Shown here in pieces: positions 34,662-44,128 of a stretch of 64,000 nt of DNA. A program made the translations under genes and the position numbers. The notes beneath the pieces were generated by a model. It searched no databases and was not told the origin of the DNA. It saw only the letters and a list, made by a program, of their open reading frames with translations. This DNA is from an uncultured Gemmatimonadaceae bacterium (GTDB taxonomy: Bacteria; Gemmatimonadota; Gemmatimonadetes; Gemmatimonadales; GWC2-71-9). How positions within the stretch are numbered: position 1 is the first letter of the stretch; every line of letters starts with the position of its first letter. The stretch spans positions 56,881-120,880 of the forward strand of contig CAZNLY010000003.1 of assembly GCA_964574295.1 (NCBI GenBank), written 5' to 3'.

Positions 34662-35451
34662 GCTCCGGCTGCCCCGGCCGGCTCCTGCGCCGGTCGGGGC
34701 GTGGCTGGCGAGCCTCGCGGTGCACGCCGCGGCGCTCGCGGTGCTGCTCGTGCTCCTTGTCCCTCCCGGCCAGCGGCCTCGGGGCCTCCCGCTCGCCGCG
34801 CTCCTGCCACCCCCGAGCCCACGGATCATCGGGTACCTCGTCTTGTCCCCGCCCCCGCCTTCACTGACGTCACCCGATGGCGTGCGCTCGGCGCCGGCCA
34901 TTGCGGCCGCCAAGCGTCCACCGAGTGTCCCCGCCGATTCGATCCCGGTGCACTCCCCGCGCACCGACGCGATCCCCACCAGTGGCGTCACGACACCCAC
35001 CCAACCCGCGCTCGGCACCGGCCTCCTCTGGGACCGGCGCGCGGGAGCGCCGACCTACGTGAACCGGAGCCACGCCGAGATGACCGACAGTGCCGTGGAG
35101 GCCATGGTCCAGCAGTACTGGGACTCTCTGGCGAGGCTGCCGGGGGGAGGGCAACTCCTGCTCCCCACTTGGACGGCCACCATCGCTGGGCAGGAGTTCG
35201 GCCTCGACCAACAGTGGGTGACGGTGGCGGGGGTGAAGGTGCCGGCCGTCCTGCTCGGCCTGATCCCGATCGGCGTGGCGGGGAACCAATCGGAGGCGCT
35301 GGACAAGGTGGGGCAGGGAAGGGAGGAGGACTATCAACGCTCGCGGGCGGGGCAGGAAGCGGCGGCCGACCAGCGCGAGCAGATCAAGGCGATGCGGGAG
35401 CGGAGCGAAGCCGAGCACGAACTGCGGAAGAAGCAACGGGAGGCGCCCTGA
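34636..35451 (+). CDS. Hypothetical N-terminally anchored protein with a Pro-rich linker and a charged C-terminal helix
   Basis: The ATG at 34636 overlaps the aminotransferase by 26 nt. TM segment 'WLASLAVHAAALAVLLVLLV', then a Pro-rich stretch, then the C-terminus 'REQIKAMRERSEAEHELRKKQREAP'. 271 aa. Confidence 0.45.
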   Translation: MPGASAPPELRLPRPAPAPVGAWLASLAVHAAALAVLLVLLVPPGQRPRGLPLAALLPPPSPRIIGYLVLSPPPPSLTSPDGVRSAPAIAAAKRPPSVPADSIPVHSPRTDAIPTSGVTTPTQPALGTGLLWDRRAGAPTYVNRSHAEMTDSAVEAMVQQYWDSLARLPGGGQLLLPTWTATIAGQEFGLDQQWVTVAGVKVPAVLLGLIPIGVAGNQSEALDKVGQGREEDYQRSRAGQEAAADQREQIKAMRERSEAEHELRKKQREAP

Positions 35452-35459
35452 GGGGCGCC
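35442..35459. terminator. Small GC hairpin at a convergent junction, with the stop codon in its loop
   Basis: GGCGCCC (35442-48), loop TGAG, then GGGCGCC (35453-59). The TGA at 35449-51 is the stop of the plus-strand gene. Confidence 0.25.
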
Positions 35460-35475
35460 CCTGCGGGCAGGCTGC

Positions 35476-35886
35476 CTACACGCACATCTCCGACACCCCG
35501 TCCGCCCCACGCACCACCTGGAACGGGCCCATCTTCAGGTCCAGCTCCGGTACCTCGACGAAAAAGGTCAGGACGTCGCCCTCGAGGGTGCCGGCGTACG
35601 TGGCCGGATGGGAGGGGCGGCCGTCAATCGGAGCCGGCCCACCGCCCGCGGAGTGCCGGCCCGTGGCGGTCCACTTGCCCTTCGAGTCCAGATTCCACCC
35701 CGGGTCAATCGTGCCGGCGCCGCACGCGTACTCCACGCTCCCGCCCAGCATCGAGAGGGTGAGCGTGGCATCCGGGCTGCCCCACTTGCCTTCCAGTTCG
35801 GGCGCCGTGATGTCATTGCACGCCACGAGCGCCGCCGCCAGGACCGCCGCGGCACCGACCGCCCGCATCATCCGTCCAGTTCGCAT
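35476..35886 (-). CDS. Hypothetical lipoprotein
   Basis: The ATG at 35886 has the Shine-Dalgarno GGAGGG 4 nt upstream. 'MRTGRMMRAVGAAAVLAAALVACNDI' contains a lipobox. 136 aa. Confidence 0.6.
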   Translation of the reverse strand: MRTGRMMRAVGAAAVLAAALVACNDITAPELEGKWGSPDATLTLSMLGGSVEYACGAGTIDPGWNLDSKGKWTATGRHSAGGGPAPIDGRPSHPATYAGTLEGDVLTFFVEVPELDLKMGPFQVVRGADGVSEMCV

Positions 35887-35951
35887 CGTGCCCTCCGGGC
35901 CATTCCGGAGTGTGGACGATTCCGGCCGGTCCTGCCACACACGGCCCCCCA

Positions 35952-36563
35952 TCACCCCGTCCGGTCCCGGAACATGCTCCAGGTCTCCAATTCCGGGCCG
36001 ACCCGGGCGTGGCCCACCACCCGGTATCCGAAGTGCAGGTAAAGCGGGACGTTACGGGGAAGTTCGGTGGTCAGGCTCACCCCGGTGGATTCGGAGTGCC
36101 GGAACGCCGCCCCGTGGACCGCTTCGAGCAGGCATCGGGCCAGCCCGGTGCCCTGCGCGGCGCGCCGGACCCCGATCATGCCGAGGTGATGGTGCGGTGT
36201 GACGGGATCGAAGGCGTGGCTGGCGGCGCCGTAGGCGTCGTACCGGGCTCGCTCCGCCTTCCCGAGCTCGCGCCACACCGCCTCCCGGCGCTCGTCGAAC
36301 CAGGCGGCGGGAGTGGGGTTCCCCGGGAGGTTCACCAGCGCGGCCGCGGCCAGGCTGCCCTCGTCGGCAGGGATGCCGAGCATCAGGTCGCCCCGCGCGA
36401 CGCGCGCCGCCACGAAGAGGCCGATCAGGGTGCGGAGGCGCGTGTCATAGCCGGGCTTGGCGCCCAGCACGAAGCGCATGACCGGGTAGTCGTGGAAGGA
36501 CTCGCAGAGGGCCGCGAGGACCTGCTCCGCGGCATCGGGGGGGAGCGGGAGGACGTCCGCCAT
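35952..36563 (-). CDS. GNAT family N-acetyltransferase
   Basis: 'HHLGMIGVRRAAQGTGLARCLLEAVH...' (the Q/RxxGxG/A acetyl-CoA motif) and the C-terminal 'LYLHFGYRVVG'. ATG at 36563, 203 aa. Confidence 0.7.
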   Translation of the reverse strand: MADVLPLPPDAAEQVLAALCESFHDYPVMRFVLGAKPGYDTRLRTLIGLFVAARVARGDLMLGIPADEGSLAAAALVNLPGNPTPAAWFDERREAVWRELGKAERARYDAYGAASHAFDPVTPHHHLGMIGVRRAAQGTGLARCLLEAVHGAAFRHSESTGVSLTTELPRNVPLYLHFGYRVVGHARVGPELETWSMFRDRTG

Positions 36564-36589
36564 CGGGAGCCGCGGGGCGCCGGAGCCCG

Positions 36590-37249
36590 CTACGAAAGCA
36601 CCTTGTAGGCGTGGCGCCAGTCGTTCCGCAGGAACCCCGGAATGCACCAGAGCATGCAGAGGGGCTCGATGGCGCGCGCGGCCTCGGCGTGCCCGAGGTC
36701 GGACGTCTGCCACCCGAACTGCGTCAGGATCTGGCTCACGGCGGCGCGGGCGGTGCCGTCGTTGCCGCAGATGAACATCGTCGGGGGGCCGCCGTCGAGC
36801 TCGGGATCCACCATCAGGGCGTTGCCGACGCTGTTGAACGCCTTGACGAAGCGGGCGTCCGGGAACTCCCGCTGGAGGCGCTCTATCAACGAGTCGTCGA
36901 GGGTCGTGAAGAACTTGAGCACGCCGTTCACGGGTGGCGCGTCGGCGATCGGGTTGGTGGTGTCGATGACGACCTTGCCCGCCAGGTTGACGGCCCCCGC
37001 CGCGCGGAGCATGGCCGACGCCGCCGTGCCCTTGGCGGCGAGCACGAGCAGCTCCCCCTCCGCGGCCGCCTCCGCCACGCCCGTGATGCGGACGCCGGGA
37101 TGGGCCGCACCCCAGGCGGCGAGCTTGTCCGGGCTTCGGGTGCCCACCACCACCTCATAGCCCTTGTTGAGGAAGCCGGCGGCCAGGGTCTGGGCCACGA
37201 CCCCGGAGCCGAGCATGCCGATGCGCATCGGGGCATCTCCTTCGTTCAT
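36590..37249 (-). CDS. NAD(P)-binding oxidoreductase, NADPH-dependent F420 reductase (NpdG)-like
   Basis: 'MRIGMLGSGVVAQTLAAGFLNKGYEVVVGTRSPDK' is a Rossmann GxGxxA motif. 'KVVIDTTNP' and 'FVKAFNSVG' are also present. The ATG at 37249 overlaps the gltX stop (ATGA). An alternative start lies at 37228. Confidence 0.7.
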   Translation of the reverse strand: MNEGDAPMRIGMLGSGVVAQTLAAGFLNKGYEVVVGTRSPDKLAAWGAAHPGVRITGVAEAAAEGELLVLAAKGTAASAMLRAAGAVNLAGKVVIDTTNPIADAPPVNGVLKFFTTLDDSLIERLQREFPDARFVKAFNSVGNALMVDPELDGGPPTMFICGNDGTARAAVSQILTQFGWQTSDLGHAEAARAIEPLCMLWCIPGFLRNDWRHAYKVLS

Positions 37250-38655
37250 GCGGCTCCGCGGAGCCGCGCCAGGCTCTCCTCCCGTCCCACCACCACCAGC
37301 AGCTCATTGACCGGCTCCGACACGGTGGAGCCCGTCAGCACGACACGCACCGGCTGGAGCAGGTCGCCGAGCTTGGCGCCGCGGGCCGCGGCCAGCGCCT
37401 TGAGGTCCTCCAGCAGGTGCTCGGAGGTCCAGCGCCCGGCGGGCACGGCGGCCAACGCCTCGGCCACCGCGCGGAGGTTCTCCTGGAATGCCGGGCCGAG
37501 CTTCCGGGCCAGCTGCTCGCCCTTGTCGTCGCGCACCACCCTGCTCGCGTCCACCCGGGCGGCCACCTGCTCGGCCACGTGGAGGATGGTGCGGGAGCGC
37601 GCCTTGACGGCGTCGATCACCGGCCGGAGATCGCGGCCGGTGGCAACCCCCATCCGCTCCAGCTCACGCCGGGTGGGCGCCAGCAGCTCGTCGGCGGAGA
37701 GCGCGGAGAGGTATTGGCCGTTCATCCACTCCAGCTTGGCAAAGTCGAACACCGCCGGCTTCTTCTGGATCCCCTCGAGCGAGAACGCCGCGATCATCTC
37801 CGCCTCGGGGAGGATCTCGCGGTCGCCGCCGGGGCTCCAGCCGAGGAGGGCCAGGAAGTTGCGCATGGCCAGCGGAAGGATGCCCTTGTCCTGGTAGTCG
37901 CCGACGGCGGTGGCGCCGTGCCGCTTGGAGAGCTTCTTGCCGTCGGCGCCGAGGATCATGGGCACGTGCGCAAAGATCGGCGGCTCGTGGCCGAGCGCCC
38001 GGTACAGGACGATCTGCTTCGGGGTGTTGGAGACGTGGTCGTCGCCGCGGATGACGTGCGTGATCCGCATGGCGATGTCGTCGGACACCACCGCGAGGTT
38101 GTAGATCGGAGTGCCGTCGCTCCGCAGGATGATCAGGTCGTCGAGGTCGTGGCCCTGGAAGCTGATCCGGCCGTGGACGGCGTCGTCCCAGGCGATCTCG
38201 CCCGTGGGCATCCGGAACCGTATGGCGAACGGGGTGCCGGCGGCGGCGCGCGCCGCGGATTCCCCCTCCGGCAGGCGGCCGCAGCGACCGTCGTACCGGA
38301 ACGCGGTCTTCTGGCCGGCCATCGCCTTCCGCTGGGCCTCGAGCTCGGCCGCGGTGCAGAAGCAGCGGTAGGCCTTGCCCTCCGCCAGCAGCCGCTCGGC
38401 ATCGGCCTTGTGCCGGGCCCCCTCGGCGCCCTGGAAGAACGGCCCCTCGTCCCAGGTGATGCCCAGCCAGGTGAGCCCGTCGAGGATGACCTGCGTGTGG
38501 GCGTCGGTACTCCGCTCGCGGTCGGTGTCCTCGATCCGGAGCACGTGGACCCCGCCCATCCGCTTGGCAAAGAGCCAATTGAAGAGGGCCGTGCGAGCGC
38601 CGCCGACGTGGAGGTAGCCGGTGGGGGAGGGGGCGAAGCGGACGCGGACAGTCAT
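37246..38655 (-). CDS. gltX: Glutamate--tRNA ligase
   Basis: 'MTVRVRFAPSPTGYLHVGGARTALFNWLFA...RIEDTD.ERS' and 'KLSKRHG' (KMSKS). I prefer the ATG at 38655, because the track's TTG start at 38670 lies inside the terminator U-tract. Confidence 0.9.
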   Translation of the reverse strand: MTVRVRFAPSPTGYLHVGGARTALFNWLFAKRMGGVHVLRIEDTDRERSTDAHTQVILDGLTWLGITWDEGPFFQGAEGARHKADAERLLAEGKAYRCFCTAAELEAQRKAMAGQKTAFRYDGRCGRLPEGESAARAAAGTPFAIRFRMPTGEIAWDDAVHGRISFQGHDLDDLIILRSDGTPIYNLAVVSDDIAMRITHVIRGDDHVSNTPKQIVLYRALGHEPPIFAHVPMILGADGKKLSKRHGATAVGDYQDKGILPLAMRNFLALLGWSPGGDREILPEAEMIAAFSLEGIQKKPAVFDFAKLEWMNGQYLSALSADELLAPTRRELERMGVATGRDLRPVIDAVKARSRTILHVAEQVAARVDASRVVRDDKGEQLARKLGPAFQENLRAVAEALAAVPAGRWTSEHLLEDLKALAAARGAKLGDLLQPVRVVLTGSTVSEPVNELLVVVGREESLARLRGAA

Positions 38656-38668
38656 CGGAGTACCACCC

Positions 38669-38706
38669 AAAAAAGGACTGAGGACCGAAGTTTGGCCCTC
38701 AGTCCT
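38669..38706 (-). terminator. Canonical rho-independent terminator after tRNA-Ser(GCU)
   Basis: The minus strand reads AGGACTGAGG-GCCAAACTTCGGT-CCTCAGTCCT followed by TTTTT: a 10-bp perfect stem, extendable by G.U plus 2 GC pairs, with a 6-U run. It starts 7 nt after the tRNA 3' end and ends 13 nt before the gltX ATG. Confidence 0.8.
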
Positions 38707-38713
38707 CGAACGA

Positions 38714-38805
38714 CGGAGCGGGGGGGATTCGAACCCCCGATAGGAGCTTTAGACCCCTATAACGGTTTAGCAAACCGCCGCCTTCAGCCACTCGGCCACC
38801 GCTCC
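38714..38805 (-). tRNA. tRNA-Ser (anticodon GCU)
   Basis: Manual fold of 92 nt: acceptor GGAGCGG/CCGCTCC, D region GCCGAGTGGCTGAAGGC, anticodon arm GCGGT-TTGCTAA-ACCGT, a long variable arm, T arm GGGGG-TTCGAAT-CCCCC, discriminator G. Confidence 0.9.
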
Positions 38806-38932
38806 CGGCGAGCGAGGAAACTGCCATCGGAGAAGGGTTTACGCAACCCCGAGGGGGGCGTGTGCGATGGGTGGTTCCGGCGGCGTCTTATGACTATCTT
38901 GCCCCCTCCACTCAAGAACCCTGGAGTCCCTG

Positions 38933-39565
38933 ATGCGCATGTCCCTGCGGGCGGCCGCGCTCGCGATCGGATCGGGAATCGGCCTGCTGGCGTGCTATCC
39001 CGAGCAGCCGACCGAGTCCGGTGACCTCGCCTCGGTCGTCACGCTCTACGACGTCAGCTTCCAATTCGGCGACGCTGCGACCTACTACATCGTCATTCCC
39101 GACAGTGTGGTTCATCTGGGCCCCGCCGGGGGCTCGGATCCCTTCGACCATACCTACGACAGCCTGATCGTCGCCCGGACGGCCGCGAACATGAACGTGC
39201 GCGGCTACACCCGCGTGCTCGACCCCGCCACGGCCGACCTGATCCTGAGCCCGGCGGTGCTGGTCACCAACAACTACGACTTCGAGTCGGTGGACTGGTG
39301 CGTCGTGTGGGGGTGGGCCTATCCGGGCTGTGCCGGGTGGGTGCCGGACTACCCGACCGATGTGGTGGGGTACGAGTACAGCGCGGGCACCATCATCATC
39401 CCGATGGCGGACGCCACCGTCGCGGCGCCGCCGGTGGTGTGGAACGCGGCCCTCAACGGGGTCCTGAACGGCAACACCCCCGGCTCGCTCGCCGCGGCCA
39501 TCACCGACGGTATCGACCAGGCCTTCTCCCAGTCCACCTACCTCTACCACACGGCCACGCCATGA
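38933..39565 (+). CDS. Lipoprotein, DUF4136-like
   Basis: 'MRMSLRAAALAIGSGIGLLACYPE' contains a lipobox. The C-terminal 'GTIIIPMADA....PPVVWNAALNGVL' resembles the DUF4136 pattern from memory. GGAG lies 7 nt upstream of the ATG. Confidence 0.6.
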   Translation: MRMSLRAAALAIGSGIGLLACYPEQPTESGDLASVVTLYDVSFQFGDAATYYIVIPDSVVHLGPAGGSDPFDHTYDSLIVARTAANMNVRGYTRVLDPATADLILSPAVLVTNNYDFESVDWCVVWGWAYPGCAGWVPDYPTDVVGYEYSAGTIIIPMADATVAAPPVVWNAALNGVLNGNTPGSLAAAITDGIDQAFSQSTYLYHTATP

Positions 39566-40176
39566 CCTCCCGACTCCGCGCAGCGATCGTCTTCGCCGCC
39601 CTCGGCCTGGCCGCGGCGGCTCCCGCGTCGGCGCAGGTACTGGGGGGCTTCACGTACACCTGGGCCACCCCCGGCGGCGACCTCTCCGACAACTTCATCG
39701 GCAACGACAGCTGGGTCGGCGTGTCCATGGAGGTCCGGCGCCTGCTCAACCCGAACGCGTCGGTCGGCCTCTCGGTGGGCTACACCGCCTTCTACGAGAA
39801 CACCACCGATCCGCTCTTCCTGCCGGGCGGCACCGTGTCGGGCGAACAGTACCGGTCGATGAACATGTTCCCGATCCTGGCCACCGGGCACCTCTACAGC
39901 AAGGCGGGCGGGAAGATCCAGACCTACATCGGCCTCGGGATTGGCGCGTACGTCATGAAGCAGCGGATGGACGTGGCGGACACCGAGGTGAAGACCTCGA
40001 ACGTGGTGGTCGGCTTTGCCCCGGAGCTCGGCTTCATCCTGAACAAGGGCAACCGGAACGAGATCGCGATCTTCGGCCGGTACAACTACCCCGCCAACGC
40101 CGGCACGTACATCGGCGGCGAGTCGGGCTCCTACCAGTACCTGAGCGTCGGGGTCTCGCTGCTCCGGCACCAGTAG
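39562..40176 (+). CDS. Outer-membrane beta-barrel protein (OmpW/porin-like small barrel)
   Basis: Signal peptide 'MTSRLRAAIVFAALGLAAAAPASAQ'. The sequence shows alternating amphipathic beta-strand patterns and aromatic girdle residues, with a C-terminal 'YQYLSVGVSLLRHQ'. ATGA overlap with the lipoprotein gene. Confidence 0.6.
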   Translation: MTSRLRAAIVFAALGLAAAAPASAQVLGGFTYTWATPGGDLSDNFIGNDSWVGVSMEVRRLLNPNASVGLSVGYTAFYENTTDPLFLPGGTVSGEQYRSMNMFPILATGHLYSKAGGKIQTYIGLGIGAYVMKQRMDVADTEVKTSNVVVGFAPELGFILNKGNRNEIAIFGRYNYPANAGTYIGGESGSYQYLSVGVSLLRHQ

Positions 40177-40199
40177 CACCGGCGGCGCGAGACGCGCGC

Positions 40200-40238
40200 G
40201 GGGAGGCCGGCCAGGCGTCGAGCCCGGCCGACCTCCCC
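40200..40238. terminator. 13-bp (one mismatch) GC hairpin between the OMP gene end and the tRNA-Ser(UGA) 3' end
   Basis: GGGGAGGCCGGCC (40200-12), a 13-nt loop, then GGCCGACCTCCCC (40226-38). The plus strand continues GTTGACGTTCTT. It lies 24 nt after the OMP TAG and 30 nt after the tRNA 3' end. Confidence 0.4.
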
Positions 40239-40267
40239 GTTGACGTTCTTGCCGGCCTTCCTTGAAG

Positions 40268-40354
40268 CGGCGTGGGTGAGATTCGAACTCACGGAACCGT
40301 TTCCGGTTCGGCGGTTTTCAAGACCGCTGCCTTCAACCACTCGGCCACCACGCC
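40268..40354 (-). tRNA. tRNA-Ser (anticodon UGA)
   Basis: Manual fold of 87 nt: acceptor GGCGTGG/CCACGCC, D region GCCGAGTGGTTGAAGGC, anticodon arm GCGGT-CTTGAAA-ACCGC, an 18-nt variable arm, T arm GTGAG-TTCGAAT-CTCAC, discriminator G. Confidence 0.9.
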
Positions 40355-40399
40355 CTGCCGACAATATAGGGGCCGCCGCCCCGGCGGGGCGACCCGCCC
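40355..40399 (-). promoter_or_regulatory. Two short GC hairpins after the DUF2723 stop, then a TATATT -10-like box 8 nt upstream of the tRNA-Ser(UGA) 5' end
   Basis: The minus strand reads TAG-GGGCG-GGT-CGCCCC-GCC-GGGGC-GGCG-GCCCC-TATATT-GTCGGCAG-(tRNA). TATATT (40368-40363) is the only AT-rich hexamer here. There is no convincing -35. Confidence 0.3.
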
Positions 40400-42559
40400 C
40401 TAGTTCCGCTCCCCCCGCACGATGTTGAGCTGGACCGCGGCGGCGATCGAGTCGGCCTTGTCGGCCTCCCCGGTGATGCCCTGCGCCCGGAGGACGACCC
40501 CCGCCTCGCGGTAGATGATCCCGTAGAGCGAGAGGATCGAAGCGGAGGGCGGGTCCACCCACCCGCGGGGCCGTTCCACCGCCGCGCTCTGCCAGTGGTA
40601 CGTGTCCCAGAGCAGCTTCCGGGTGACCGGCACATCCACGAAGCCGAGCGCGCGCGACATCACGATGCCGTTCCCCTCCTGGATCGGCCGCGGCATCAGC
40701 TTGCGCACGAGGCCGGTGGTCAGGAGGTACTCCGAGAGCCCGAGCGTCACGTCCGGATAGTTGCCGCTGCTCCAGCTGAAGTAGATCGGCCGCTTGCCGA
40801 GGTTGTCGCGAATCAGCGCCAGGGCGGCGATGTCCTGCAGCATCAGGTAGTCCTGCCCGAACCGCACCACCAGGCTGTCCACCCGCATGCCGGTGTTCTT
40901 CCGCACCGCGATCGCCTCGGGGAGGCTGTCGAGCTGCCCCGTGGTGAAGCTCGAGAGGACCGAGCCCTCGGGGTGCGGCCACGCCACTTGGGCGGGCGCG
41001 GTGCTGTCGCCGAGCGCCACGCCGGTCTCGGCCGGGCCCAGGCGCCAGAGGGGCGCCGCGTCGGCGGGCTGGAACTCCGGCGTGACCCGCCGCTGCAGCT
41101 GGCGGAGGTGCCAGCGCGTGTTCATCAGCGAGAGGTTGGCGAGCGTCACGTCGGGGCGGACGCCCAGCACTTCCTGCGCAAACCAGAGCGGGAAGGTGTC
41201 GTTGTCGCCCGCGGTGATGAGGATGCCGTAGGGCTCCACCGACTCGAGCATGTCGATGGCCAGGTCGCGCGCGAGGTATTCGTGGGCGCGGGAGGCGGTC
41301 ACGTGGTTGCCCGCCAGCGGCACGAGGCCCAGCAGGAAGACCGGCGTCGCCGCCACCCAGCGCCGTGCCTCCGGCAGCCGGTCGGCCAGGGCGTCGGCAA
41401 GGCTGCGATACATCGCCCCGAGCCCCAGCGCCACCAGCACCCCGAAGTAGGCGAACGACCCCATGAAGAAGTAGTCCCGCTCGCGGACCTCGCGGGCCAG
41501 GTCGCGCGTGGGGTGGATCGAATACCCGTACTTGAAGTTCAGGTAGAAGATGAGGGCGATCGTGAGCGTGCCGAACATCGCCAACGCTGCCAGGCCGGCC
41601 CGACGGTCCTTCCGGATGAGCTCGACGAGCCCGAAGATCCCGATGACGCCGAAGAGCGCCGCGAACGGTCCGGCGGCGACACCCCAGTCCCGGGCGAACT
41701 GCCAGCGGAAGTACTGGAAGTAGTTGGCAATCTGGGAGGGGAAGTCCGCCTGCCGGTCGAGCACCGACGGCTTGGCGTACTGGACGCGGTTGATCACGTC
41801 CATCAGCGCCTGGCTGAAGAAGCCGACCGGCTCGCCCTCGTTGATCGGCGGGAACTGCCCGGCGCGGATCGGGAGGAAGAGGTAGTTGAGCGACACGCCG
41901 AGCGCGACCGCCACGAGGACGCCGCCCCAGACCCAGGGCCGCTTGACCACCGTCCAGTCGGTCCAGAGGATGTAGATGGCCACCGCCGGTGCGGCGAGGA
42001 GGCCCATCAGGTGGTTCGTGGTGGACAGCGCGGTGATGTACGCGATCAGGATGACCCAGCGGTCGCGGTGCGGCCCGGGCTCGTCGTCCCCCCAGTGAAC
42101 CGCCAGCCAGGTGACCAGCGCCATCGAGAGCAGGGAGACGGTGTACACCTTCTCGTTGACGGTGGACTGGTTCCACACCGTCCACGACGTGGCGGAGACG
42201 AGGGTGCCGGCTGCCGCCGCCAGGAGGCGGCCCCACCGGACCGGGACGATCGTCCGGAGCCACCGCTCTGCGATCAGGAACCAGAGCGCCGCCGAGACCG
42301 CGCTCCCGAACGCCGCAAAGAGGTTGATCCGGCGGGCGTACTCCGCCGCGAGCGGCAGCAGCCCCCAGGCGTGCGCCATGACCACGAACAGCGGGTTGCC
42401 CGGCGGGTGGGGAATGCCGAGGACGCGGGCCGCCGCGATGTACTCGGAGGTGTCCCAGAAGGCCGTCGTCGGCGCCAGGGTCAGGTAGTAGATGCCGAAC
42501 ACGACGAGCCCCATCAGGGCGGCCCAGCGGTAGGGAGTCTCGGGCTTGGATGTCGTCAC
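40400..42559 (-). CDS. DUF2723 domain membrane protein (GT-C-type glycosyltransferase-like, TMEM260-related family)
   Basis: 'YYLTLAPTTAFWDTSEYIAAARVLGIPHPPGNPLFVVMAH' is the DUF2723 N-terminal signature. There are about 10-12 TM helices and a soluble C-terminal domain. GTG start at 42559, 719 aa. Confidence 0.8.
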   Translation of the reverse strand: MTTSKPETPYRWAALMGLVVFGIYYLTLAPTTAFWDTSEYIAAARVLGIPHPPGNPLFVVMAHAWGLLPLAAEYARRINLFAAFGSAVSAALWFLIAERWLRTIVPVRWGRLLAAAAGTLVSATSWTVWNQSTVNEKVYTVSLLSMALVTWLAVHWGDDEPGPHRDRWVILIAYITALSTTNHLMGLLAAPAVAIYILWTDWTVVKRPWVWGGVLVAVALGVSLNYLFLPIRAGQFPPINEGEPVGFFSQALMDVINRVQYAKPSVLDRQADFPSQIANYFQYFRWQFARDWGVAAGPFAALFGVIGIFGLVELIRKDRRAGLAALAMFGTLTIALIFYLNFKYGYSIHPTRDLAREVRERDYFFMGSFAYFGVLVALGLGAMYRSLADALADRLPEARRWVAATPVFLLGLVPLAGNHVTASRAHEYLARDLAIDMLESVEPYGILITAGDNDTFPLWFAQEVLGVRPDVTLANLSLMNTRWHLRQLQRRVTPEFQPADAAPLWRLGPAETGVALGDSTAPAQVAWPHPEGSVLSSFTTGQLDSLPEAIAVRKNTGMRVDSLVVRFGQDYLMLQDIAALALIRDNLGKRPIYFSWSSGNYPDVTLGLSEYLLTTGLVRKLMPRPIQEGNGIVMSRALGFVDVPVTRKLLWDTYHWQSAAVERPRGWVDPPSASILSLYGIIYREAGVVLRAQGITGEADKADSIAAAVQLNIVRGERN

Positions 42560-42569
42560 GAACGCTCCG

Positions 42570-44099
<1,530 letters not shown>

Positions 44100-44128
44100 G
44101 GGACTCCCTGAAGGTGACTGACGAACGC

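Noticed and set aside
38668-38670. The TTG start for gltX used by the ORF track (MGGTPMTVRV...).
   Set aside because: The TTG lies inside the U-tract of the upstream intrinsic terminator. The ATG at 38655 gives the canonical 'MTVRVRFAPSPTG' N-terminus with a GGTGG Shine-Dalgarno-like sequence upstream.
38714-40354. The tRNA-flanked segment as a genomic island or integrated mobile element.
   Set aside because: There is no integrase, recombinase, phage or IS gene, and I could find no direct repeat of a tRNA 3' end. Only two ordinary envelope genes are present. I kept it as a low-interest synteny observation only.
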